A stretch of 36,530 nt of DNA from Trichoplax sp. H2. Lineage: Eukaryota. Under the pieces are notes generated by a model, which worked only from the letters and a program-made list of their open reading frames with translations, did not search any database and had not been told where the DNA came from. The stretch spans positions 124,001 through 160,530 of the forward strand of contig NOWV01000180.1 in the NCBI GenBank assembly GCA_003344405.1. Reading direction: 5' to 3'. This document shows, one piece after another, positions 21,270 to 33,100 of the stretch. A program made the translations under genes and the position numbers. Position 1 is the stretch's first letter. Every line of letters begins with the position of its first letter.

Positions 21270-24150
21270 CCAAAATGACTGATACTGACGCCAGCGAGAG
21301 ACGTTACTAATGCTGAAAAAATGCAACCCCTAAAAAACTCCAATACAATAAGTGATATGGTATAAAGATGCATAGACTCTGAAATCAGTCCATATTCTAA
21401 CGATACCAGCAAGGCATTAAATTAACTTAACCAGTGCAATGCATTGCAATGGGTACGTCTTTGGAGTGAAGAACGGGATTAAATCGATATATATGTATAG
21501 TATATAATTCATGTGTACTAGTTACCTTATGAGTATCACTAATTGCGATATATCCGTACGTTTATAACAATAACATGTATATATATAGTATATAATTCAG
21601 GTATACTAGTTACCTTATGAGTATAACTAATTGTGATATATCCGTATACTATCACCATATTAAGATGGAACACTGTAGCCTAACATAAAGTAGAGAAAAT
21701 GGCTATTCAACACTGTGGGTTGGATTAGTACTCACTCTACAATGTACATAAGAGTAGTTTACCATAAATCAGTATAGTTGCACCCATACATGAACTGTCT
21801 TCTTTTTCTAAACCCGAAATCATGCTAGCATCCATTCAATACAACTCCTTGAGGTATCTTGCTAGCATCCATTCCAAAATGACTGATTGATACTGACGCC
21901 AGCAATAGACATTACTGATGCTGAATGCAACACCTAAAATCTCCTATACAATAAGTGATATGATATAAAGATGCATAGACTCTGAAATCAGTCAATGTTA
22001 GAACGATACCAGTAAGGCATTAAATTAACTTAACCAGTGCAATGCATTGCAATGGGTACGTCTTTGGAGTGAAGAACGGGATTAAATCGATATATATGTA
22101 TAGTATATAATTCATGTGTACTAGTTACCTTATGAGTATCACTAATTGCGATATATCCGTACGTTTATAACAATAACATGTATATATATAGTATATAATT
22201 CAGGTATACTAGTTACCTTATGAGTATAACTAATTGTGATATATCCGTATACTATCACCATATTAAGATGGAACACTGTAGCCTAACATAAAGTAGAGAA
22301 AATGGCTATTCAACACTGTGGGTTGGATTAGTACTCACTCTACAATGTACATAAGAGTAGTTTACCATAAATCAGTATAGTTGCACCCATACATGAACTG
22401 TCTTCTTTTTCTAAACCCGAAATCATGCTAGCATCCATTCAATACAACTCCTTGAGGTATCTTGCTAGCATCCATTCCAAAATGACTGATTGATACTGAC
22501 GCCAGCAATAGACATTACTGATGCTGAATGCAACACCTAAAATCTCCTATACAATAAGTGATATGATATAAAGATGCATAGACTCTGAAATCAGTCAATG
22601 TTAGAACGATACCAGTAAGGCATTAAATTAACTTAACCAGTGCAATGCATTGCAATGGGTACGTCTTTGGAGTGAAGAACGGGATTAAATCGATATATTG
22701 TATAGTATATAATTCATGTGTACTAGTTACCTTATGAGTATCACTTATTGCGATATATCCGTATAGAATACGTTTATAACAATAACACGTATATATATAG
22801 TATATAATTCATGTATACTAGTTACCTTATGAGTATAACTAATTGTGATATATCCGTATAATGTACATAAGAGTAGTTTACCATAAATCAGTAAAGTTGC
22901 ACTCATACATGAACTGTCTTCTTTTTCTAAACCCGAAATCATGCTAGCATCCATTCAATACAACTCCTTGAGGTATCTTGCTAGCATCCATTCCAAAATG
23001 ACTGATTGATACTGACGCCAGCAATAGACATTACTGATGCTGAATGCAACACCTAAAATCTCCTATACAATAAGTGATATGATATAAAGATGCATAGACT
23101 CTGAAATCAGTCAATGTTAGAACGATACCAGTAAGGCATTAAATTAACTTAACCAGTGCAATGCATTGCAATGGGTACGTCTTTGGAGTGAAGAACGGGA
23201 TTAAATCGATATATTGTATAGTATATAATTCATGTGTACTAGTTACCTTATGAGTATCACTTATTGCGATATATCCGTATAGAATACGTTTATAACAATA
23301 ACACGTATATATATAGTATATAATTCATGTATACTAGTTACCTTATGAGTATAACTAATTGTGATATATCCGTATAATGTACATAAGAGTAGTTTACCAT
23401 AAATCAGTAAAGTTGCACTCATACATGAACTGTCTTCTTTTTCTAAACCCGAAATCATGCTAGCATCCATTCAATACAACTCCTTGAGGTATCTTGCTAG
23501 CATCCATTCCAAAATGACTGATTGATACTGACGCCAGCAATAGACATTACTGATGCTGAATGCAACACCTAAAATCTCCTATACAATAAGTGATATGATA
23601 TAAAGATGCATAGACTCTGAAATCAGTCAATGTTAGAACGATACCAGTAAGGCATTAAATTAACTTTCCAGTGCAATGCATTGCAATGGGTACGTCTTTG
23701 GAGTGAAGAACGGGATTAAATCGATATATATATATAGTATATAATTCATGTGTACTAGTTACCTTATGAGTATAACTAATTGTGATATATCCGTATAGAA
23801 TACGTGTATAACAATAACATGTATATATATAGTATATAATTCATGTATACTAGTTACCTTATGAGTATAACTAATTGTGATATATCCGTATAGAATACGT
23901 GTATAACAATAACGTGTATATATATATGTATAGCCTATATACAGTATACAGCATATAATTATGATTAATATCATTAAAACGTTGTACTACTACCACCATA
24001 TTAAGATGTAACGCTGTAGCCTAACATAAAATAGAGAAAACGGCTATTCAACACCGTGGCTTGCTTAAGTACTTACTCTACAATGCACATAAGAGTAGCT
24101 AACCTTAAATCACTGAAGTAGCGCGTATACAAAAACAGTCTTCTTTTCTA
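21270..24150. repeat. Tandem array of 603/603/516/516-bp units with internal ~95-bp subrepeats
   Basis: AAGGCATTAAATTAACTT..CAGTGCAATGCATTGCAATGGG recurs at ~21411, 22014, 22617, 23133 and 23649. Identical ORFs 22745-22954 and 23261-23470 are 516 bp apart. Confidence 0.95.
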
Positions 24151-24169
24151 ACCACCGAAATACGCGGAG

Positions 24170-24900
24170 TTGCTGCTATACATCGTATATGGAAAAATTG
24201 CAGCAATTCGATATTAGCTATAAGATATAATGTACATCATACAGTATTCTACTGGACTATTGATAAACTATCTATATCCGTAAGCACGCAGAATTGCTGC
24301 TACATTGCGTGTATGAAGCAACTCCATTCATCAGCTATTAGCTATACCTGCAAAATGACAATGCGTATTGTATAGAACATACTACTAGACTATTGATAAA
24401 CTATCAATATCCGTTATCACGCAGAATTGTTACTACACTACCTATATGAAACAACTGCAGTCATCAGATATTCACTATAAAATAGAACGTCCATCATACA
24501 ACATTCTACTACAGTAGGCTATTTATAAATTATCAATGTCTATAACCACACAGAGTTGCTATTACACTACGTGTATGAAATAACTGCAACCATTAGATAT
24601 TAGCTGTAAAATATAACGTGCATCATACCGTCTAATATCCAACTAGACTATTTATAAAGGATCAATATCCGTAAGCATGCAAAACAGCCTCATATACGTA
24701 CATATACGTAGTATATGAAGCAACTGCAGTCGTAAGATATTTAATGTAAAATAGAACGTGCATCATGACCCTAACCCTAACCCTAACCCAACATTCTACC
24801 AGATTATTTATAAATGTCAATATCCGTTAGTGAACAGAATTGCCACTATATGATGAAGCAATTGCGGTCGTCAGATATAAATCGTAAAATAGCATGCATA
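24170..24900. repeat. Degenerate ~130-bp tandem repeat (~5 copies)
   Basis: The motif GACTATT(G/T)ATAAA..ATCAATATCCGT(A/T)AGCACGCAGAATTG..TATGAA(G/A)CAACTGCA recurs near 24251, 24384, 24515, 24642 and 24797. Confidence 0.8.
24769..24789. repeat. Short interstitial telomeric repeat (CCCTAA)3CCC
   Basis: Direct sequence match to the metazoan TTAGGG repeat. Confidence 0.85.
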
Positions 24901-25775
24901 TCGTATAATATCCTATTTGATGATTTACAAATTGTTGAATATCTCTAGATATCTGGAATCGATATTATACTATGAAATAATTTCAGTCATCAAGTGATAG
25001 TTTTATTCATATGCGAATATAATCTCTATCATAGTAGTATTTACATCAAACAACTTAATAATAATCAGCGATACCATTATGGCCATAGAATTACAAGTTA
25101 GAAAAAAATATTTTTCTTTTCATACTTAATATTTTTTACGCCTTTTTATTATTTGTTTTTATGTCATTGAAATCCTTCATTACAAAAAATTTCTATACAA
25201 TGTAAAATCTTAATCCAACACAGAGATTGACTAGAATATTAAATTTTACCAAGATTTCCAATCTTGAATTCGTCTTACTAATATTTTTAGCATGCTACTG
25301 AAATGTTCCAAGTCAAAGATTGATCCAATCTTGAATTAATTTGAAATTAATATAAACAGTATTATATTTAACTTTACCTGCAGAATAATAGAACCTGCTT
25401 CTCAGGTTAACATTGTAAAGGAACATTCGCAAATACGGCACATCATTGACGATGATATTATCAGTAGCTCTTCCATACACGAGAGACATTAAAATATCCA
25501 TCTTACGATTAAATTATTCTTCCTCGCAAGATAGAGAAGAGGTCTTCTCTATCTCTCGCACAGTATAACAGATAAGATATTAATCAGAAGATTGAACAAT
25601 CCGCTAAAGATCGATTCAAGCAATAGAGAATAGAATGAAGACATGTTATGTTCTATACAAACATGTGCTGTATAAATAAATTCTTATACTTACAATCTAC
25701 ATAACAAGTCTCAACATTATGGATTTGGTCGACTTATAGTAGGGCACAATTAAATAATTTTTTTCGATATAAAAA

Positions 25776-26588
25776 TTACTTCTTAATTGTTATGACTTGA
25801 ACAATAGTACTTATTGCTTTAGAATTACGAAACATCCAAGCCGGTATATTCCGACGTAGAATAGCTCGAAAATGTTCATTACGAAATAAAATTATTAATG
25901 GATTAGCAATGCATGATATGTAGCTAAAAGAGATTACAATTAGTGCTTTTTTGGTAATATCGGGCCGGATAATAGGATCAAATGAATCAAGAATTGTACC
26001 AATAGCCATTGGAAAGTAAGACAGTTGACATATTAATATAATTATCAATATTGTAACTGCTAATTTCATTTCTTTCCTTCTACGTAAATTTAGTAATCGA
26101 TCTTGACCATTCATCATCGATTCGCCATCAGTAAAATCATTGGCATAGTTAAAATTGCTAATTCGTCGTTGACTGCGGAGAAATTCCCTATAAATGCGCC
26201 AGTAGCAAATTAATATTATTGTAAATGGAATTACTTGAATAAGTAAGGTACGAACAATAAACATGACGATGTAGTCTATTCCAAGAGATAATTTGGTCAA
26301 GGGTAAGCATGTTCCATCATAATGATTGAAAATAAATTTACCCCACCATCCTAGTACTTGCGGTAATACCAATGGCAAGGGCAGTATCCAATTACAACAA
26401 CACATAATGACAACATTTTTACCCGCAGATATTTTATATAATCGTATAGGCTTAACAACGGCTAGATAGCGAATGATAGCTAGTAAAGTCATGGAATAGA
26501 TGTTTACAAGAGAGAAGTAAAGAGGTAGTCCAAACTTAAACCGGCATATGATAGAATTTTCCAAATGGATAGGCGTCTGACCTCGGTA
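25776..26588 (-). other. Second copy of GPCR exon 2, truncated by an N-gap; probably an assembly duplicate
   Basis: The translation is identical to 27495-28305 and the copy stops at the gap 26589-26608. Confidence 0.7.
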
Positions 26589-26608
26589 NNNNNNNNNNNN
26601 NNNNNNNN

Positions 26609-27345
26609 AAGGCATTAAATTAACTTAACCAGTGCAATGCATTGCAATGGGTACGTCTTTGGAGTGAAGAACGGGATTAAATCGATATATATATAGTATA
26701 TAATTCATGTATACTAGTTACCTTATGAGTATAACTAATTGTGATATATCCGTATAGAATACGTGTATAACAATAACGTGTATATATATATATATATATA
26801 TATAACCTATATACAGTATACAGCATATATTTATGATTAATATCATTAAAACGTTGTACTACTATCACCATATTAAGATGTAACGCTGTAGCCTAACATA
26901 ATGTAGAGAAAACGGCTATTCAACACTGTGGCTTGCTTATGGACTTACTCTACAATGCACATAAGAGTAGCTAACCTTAAATCACTGAAGTAGCGTGCAT
27001 ACAAAAACAGTCTTCTTTTTCTAACCACCGAAATACGCGGAGTTGCTGCTATACAGTACATCGTATATGGAAAAATTGCAGCAATTCGGTATTAGCTATA
27101 AGATATAATGTACATCATACAATATTCTACTGGACTATTGATAAACTATCAATATCCGTAAGCACGCAGAATTGCTGCTACATTGCGTATATGAAGCAAC
27201 TCCATTCATCAGCTATTAGCTATACCTGCAAAATGACAATGCGTATTGTATAGAACATACTACTAGACTATTGATAAACTATCAATATCCGTTAGCACGC
27301 AGAATTGTTATTACACTACCTATATGAAACAACTGCAGTCATCAG
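26609..27345. repeat. Gap-flanked contig duplicating ~23649-24466, with SNPs/indels
   Basis: Bounded by N-runs at 26589-26608 and 27346-27365. Same sequence as the end of the 516-bp array plus the start of the 130-bp array, with scattered differences and one fewer subrepeat. Confidence 0.85.
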
Positions 27346-27494
27346 NNNNNNNNNNNNNNNNNNNNTATGTTCTATACAAACATGTGCTGTATAAATAAAT
27401 TCTTATACTTACAATCTACATAACAAGTCTCAACATTATGGATTTGGTCGACTTATAGTAGGGCACAATTAAATAATTTTTTTCGATATAAAAA

Positions 27495-28959
27495 TTACTT
27501 CTTAATTGTTATGACTTGAACAATAGTACTTATTGCTTTAGAATTACGAAACATCCAAGCCGGTATATTCCGACGTAGAATAGCTCGAAAATGTTCATTA
27601 CGAAATAAAATTATTAATGGATTAGCAATGCATGATATGTAGCTAAAAGAGATTACAATTAGTGCTTTTTTGGTAATATCGGGCCGGATAATAGGATCAA
27701 ATGAATCAAGAATTGTACCAATAGCCATTGGAAAGTAAGACAGTTGACATATTAATATAATTATCAATATTGTAACTGCTAATTTCATTTCTTTCCTTCT
27801 ACGTAAATTTAGTAATCGATCTTGACCATTCATCATCGATTCGCCATCAGTAAAATCATTGGCATAGTTAAAATTGCTAATTCGTCGTTGACTGCGGAGA
27901 AATTCCCTATAAATGCGCCAGTAGCAAATTAATATTATTGTAAATGGAATTACTTGAATAAGTAAGGTACGAACAATAAACATGACGATGTAGTCTATTC
28001 CAAGAGATAATTTGGTCAAGGGTAAGCATGTTCCATCATAATGATTGAAAATAAATTTACCCCACCATCCTAGTACTTGCGGTAATACCAATGGCAAGGG
28101 CAGTATCCAATTACAACAACACATAATGACAACATTTTTACCCGCAGATATTTTATATAATCGTATAGGCTTAACAACGGCTAGATAGCGAATGATAGCT
28201 AGTAAAGTCATGGAATAGATGTTTACAAGAGAGAAGTAAAGAGGTAGTCCAAACTTAAACCGGCATATGATAGAATTTTCCAAATGGATAGGCGTCTGAC
28301 CTCGGTAAATTTTCAACGTTAATGGAAATAAGACAGCAAAGCTATATTTTTGGATCGGAATCGGTTTTAATGTCCGATTGATATGGAAGAGGATAAAAGC
28401 AGAGTTTACGATTAGATCGATTGAAAGGCAATATACATATAAATGTGTAAATGATTTCTACTACCCGAAATAGTTATTATGTTGTATTGACTGATTTGGT
28501 AGATTAGCTTTATTCAAACTATTGAGTAGGCAATTCCTCTCAAAACTCCGATAAATAAGTTACTACTCCTGTCGATATATAGTCATTGTGGTAAGGAAAT
28601 AATGCAGCGGAAAAACAAAAATTGTACTACTACAATTATTAAGGAATCACAACTATAAAATGGCTGAAATTATATCCTAATATCGCATTTCGTATTTAAT
28701 GTACAGTCTATTAAACAGAAGAAATTGCTTACCTTGCTATGATGTATACTGCTTCAGATAACGCTAAATTTAATGTTAGCATATGATGTAGCCTCATATG
28801 GCTCCATTTCTTAACGGTGAATAGGCATAGAATTATATTCCCTAGTGAGCCAGCCACTAGAGCAATAAATTGAAAAATGATAAAACCTAACGCTCCAGCT
28901 TTGCTGCCATGATGTATATCATTGCTTTGCGATTCATTTAATATCCTTTCGATTATCAT
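27495..28959 (-). CDS. Orphan rhodopsin-family (class A) GPCR, 2 exons, 357 aa
   Basis: Exon 1 28733-28959 (TM1 GSLGNIIL, TM2 NLALSE; donor GTAAG) splices in phase 2 to exon 2 27495-28341 (TM3 C..SMTLLAIIRYLAVVKP, TM4 W..P, ECL2 C, TM5 IPFTIILICYWRIY, TM6 SYFP, TM7 SCIANPLII, helix 8 RNEHFR). Confidence 0.9.
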
Positions 28960-29394
28960 TTTCTGACTTAATGCTAAGCTTACTCGTATAAAGTAACTGA
29001 TGTAGAGGTCTTATAGCACACTGATTTACATAAGTAAATGACTTGCTTAATATATTATCGTTAAAAATGTCAATTTCACGGTGAGACTATAATGTAATTT
29101 TTATTGTACTTATAGGTATTAATATTTTCTTAATGTTTTCAATAACAAGAAAATAATTCATAGCATAATTGATCTGATTTAAGTATAATTAAAAGTAGAG
29201 AGCTACTTCTTAATTGACATCGGAGACAGAATAGATAATTCATTTTTTTAACAACATATAATATAATGCACTGATTGATAAACGCGACAGAATGTCAACA
29301 AATGTATCACGACAGACTATAATTATTGTCTGACATTCATGTTATATTGACTTTCTGTCTTGCCAAGATATGTCTCATATCAATAATTTGATAA

Positions 29395-30190
29395 CATTTT
29401 ACTCTATTTTAAAACTTTAAAGAATAAATTGTTAACCTTACATGACAGTTCATTAACGCGCTCAATCCATTAGTAAATTGAAAGGTAGACAACTTAAAAT
29501 TTAATATTTTAATGGGTAAATTGATAATCTTACTTATAAGTTCGCTAAGTTGACAGACTCATTTCATTAGTAAATGGAAGATAGACAACTTAAGATTTAC
29601 TCTATTTTAATACTTCAAAGAATTAATTGTTAGTATTGCTTGTAAGTTCATTATCAGATTCATTCCATTAGTAAATAGATGATAGACAATTTAACATTTA
29701 TTCCATTATAATACTTTAAAGAATAAATTGTTCATATTAGTTGTAAGTTCATAAACAAATTTAATTCGTTGCTAAATGACAGATAGACAACTCAAATTTT
29801 ATTCTAATATAACCTTCCAAAAAGTAAAACTATTAATATTACTTGTAAGTTTATAAAATCATTTCATTAGTAAATGGAAGATGCACAACTTAAGATTTAT
29901 TCTAATATAATCTTCCAAAAAAATAAACTGTTAATATTACTTGTAAGTTCATTAACAAAATCATTTCATTAGTAAATGGAAGATGGACAACTTAAAATTT
30001 ACTCCATTGTAATCTTTCAAAAAATGAATTTGTTAATATTACTTGTAAGTTCATTAACAATCATTTCATTGGCAAATGGAAGATGGACATGTTGAGATTG
30101 GCTCCATTATAATAATTCAAAGAATAAATTGTTAATATTACTTGTAAGTTCATGAACAAATTTATTTTATTGATAAATGGAAGATTGACA
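29395..30190. repeat. Degenerate ~100-bp tandem repeat (~8 copies)
   Basis: CATTAGTAAATGGAAGAT(A/G)GACAACTTAA..TTGTTAATATTACTTGTAAGTTCAT recurs near 29468, 29564, 29666, 29766, 29864, 29966, 30066 and 30167. Confidence 0.9.
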
Positions 30191-33100
30191 TCTTCTAATG
30201 CGTCAACACGAACAGAAAAATATCATGTAGTAATAATTACAAGATCAACATCCGATGATTTTGTTTATTTTCCTCATTGGTGTAGTGAGAATGATATTCA
30301 ATTACATCATGATAATTGATTATTTTAGTTCTGTCAGTCAGTCAGTAGAGAGATCTCAATGTTTCAAACAACAAGTTATCATTGTTTACGAAGGACTACC
30401 CTACTGAGAATGTTGAATATTACAACTCTATTAGCATGTATCTGACCAATAGCATGCCAATGATTAAGATCAAGTGCATCAATAGCTTTTATGGATAATA
30501 GTTTTTAAAAACAGATGTAATTTGAAGCGATCATTCTCACCACAGGTAATACTAGACAAACGTAAGACAAACATAAGCTATAATATATGCGTCTAGTAGA
30601 CTCCAAGATCTGACTGTTTTACATTGATAGAGATACTGCTGAAGCGACTCCATAGTTCTGGTATACTTTCCAGAACGTAGTTTTATTCAGACTTTTAGAG
30701 TGTATCTAGCTCGTTCACTACTCCTATCTGCTTATTTTGTCGATTCTGCAAAATAGACGAAATTTTTATAGCTATTTTAGTGATATTTCTGTCTATGCAA
30801 CAGAAGGGAGTTCGAGTCTAATAAGCAGGGGACCACATAAAATATTATGGGAACTTTTTTTTCAGCTTTATCCCTTCCAATTTACCACATTCCTATTCTA
30901 GCTATACTTCGAGTTAAATTTCTACTAGATCGTATATCATCAACAAATTACCGTAATTACTAATGACATACCCCACAACATGAAAATAATCAAACTACTC
31001 TAAAATAAAGGCTCTAACTTAGGATCGCTATTAATGACGTAAAAATGCTAATCTAAATTATAAAATTACTAGGGGTAAGGATCTACATGATATAATAGTC
31101 AGGCACAATATTAGAAGTATTGTTCAAAATCGATTGATTAAAGATTGCTATTCGATTATAATTCGCATAATATTTTTAATATGCCTATAAAATTATAATT
31201 ATATAAAATATGATAAATTCTCAATGGCTTATTTAATCAGAAATAATGATTACTATTGAAGCTATACGGCGTAGGAGTACAAGATTAATCTTAAATTGCA
31301 TTAAAAATGATAAGTAATTGTATTTTCAATCTCGTAATAGCCATCTAATTAACTTCTACATATACAACTTATTGACTAGAGGGTCGGTAAACACAGTGAT
31401 AGCATATCTCGCTCTATAAAATAACCTTGAAAAGAGCTTGCACATATATCGTAAGCATCCATTTATGATACGCTTTCATGTTATTATTTTTTATTAAAGT
31501 ACATATGTTTTCCTATACTATATTTTGCTAAAAACTTTCAGTATTACTTAGTAATCTCCTTAATCATCGCATATATTAAAAATTTAATTTCATTTAATCT
31601 GCTTGTAATAAAATAGTTTGACTTTGCAGTACTTATTATGAGTAAGTATATAAATATCATAAACTTTTAGGCTAATCATAAGAACTTATTATATTTTCTT
31701 CTATTACTTCATTTAATAGGTTTACGGTGGAACAAATTAATGACTTGTATAATATGGATTGATTGTCATGAGATACTATGATAAACTATCTCAACAATCG
31801 CACCACATTATGATTTAAATTTGATACCCTCGATTTAGAGTGCTGCAATTTTTGACCTTACAAATAATGAAAAGGCTACTCTAGTAGAGCAAGGATTTAT
31901 AATCATCGCTGCTATTGACATACAAACTGAAACTATAATCAACAAATATTCAGCATCTATCATAGCCACAGTAGATTCATATTGGATTTCCATTTGGCAA
32001 AAGCTATCATTTCAACATTTTCATGACCTTTTCTCCTTACTATCACCTTAAAATGTTTCCACTTTGACTGGTGGCTCACGAAATAATGCCCTCCTTCTTT
32101 AAAAATATCGCGAATATATTAAATTTTGTTCGGACAGGAAATGCGACAATTTTTAATAGTCTCTGAGTTATCCAAGTTTTATCTAAACAACTAATATAAG
32201 AAAATACAACTATACAAGAAACTCTTTATGATATCCTTGTTGTCTAGTGCAAATATTGAAGTATATTAAAAAAGTGATTTAGATTGTTAAATTGCAATCG
32301 AGAAATGGAGGACAAGGTTCTGAGTAAAAGGTGCTCTACTAGTCTATACAATAGATATTCATGCCGCCGATGATTTGTTTTGACTATAATTTTAAAAGAT
32401 AAATAAAGTTTTCACAGACAGTGTCATTCATAATTTAGTTCATTAATCATTCTTTCCAGAAAGCACAGTACTCGGTCTTTTACAGTAACTATCGTAAACA
32501 AGTGCAGCTAATTTTTGATTGAGCCAACAATAAAAATTTTCCGAATGCGACTTGCTCATTAAATTAACAAAGGCGTTTTAAAATACGGAAGCTACGCAAA
32601 TTTATTACAGATATTTATTTACTAAAGTCTTTCAATTCATTGATTTGAGAGTCTGTTTCTTGTTGATTCAATAACAGCTTTGATGAAGAAGATCGATAAT
32701 AAAGTATATGCAGGAAATAGATAAAAATACTGGTCATCAGCCGAAGTAAAAGTAGATGTGCCCAGGTTTAAATGAATAGTTATGACCTCTATCTTCATTG
32801 TTAACGTTGTGATATCGCTTGAAGATGAATAAAAAAATGATAGATTAGTAGTAAAACAAAGTTTAAATATATGTATCTAGGTTTAAATGAATAATTACGA
32901 TTTATAGTTCTTTCGCTAATGTATGATACTGTTTATTAAAGATGTACGCATAGAAAATGATAGAGTGATACAAAGATGATTTTAAACTGATCGATTCATT
33001 AGTGTAAACTAAACCATACTGATGAGCGACACTATCGGATTACTTATTTTTTAGTAGCATTTTTAATTTATATCATTACATTGGTTTATGATAGGGATCA

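Noticed and set aside
21176..23974. Repeated 69-78 aa ORFs (MDASMISGLEKED..)
   Set aside because: These are by-products of the 516/603-bp array with no recognisable domain.
25776..28959. Calling the GPCR an opsin
   Set aside because: It lacks the K296-equivalent lysine and the NPxxY tyrosine.
31839..32051. 70-codon ATG-less open frame after an AG (SAAIFDLTNNEK..)
   Set aside because: No recognisable homology or partner exons; a few frames this long are expected by chance in 6 kb.
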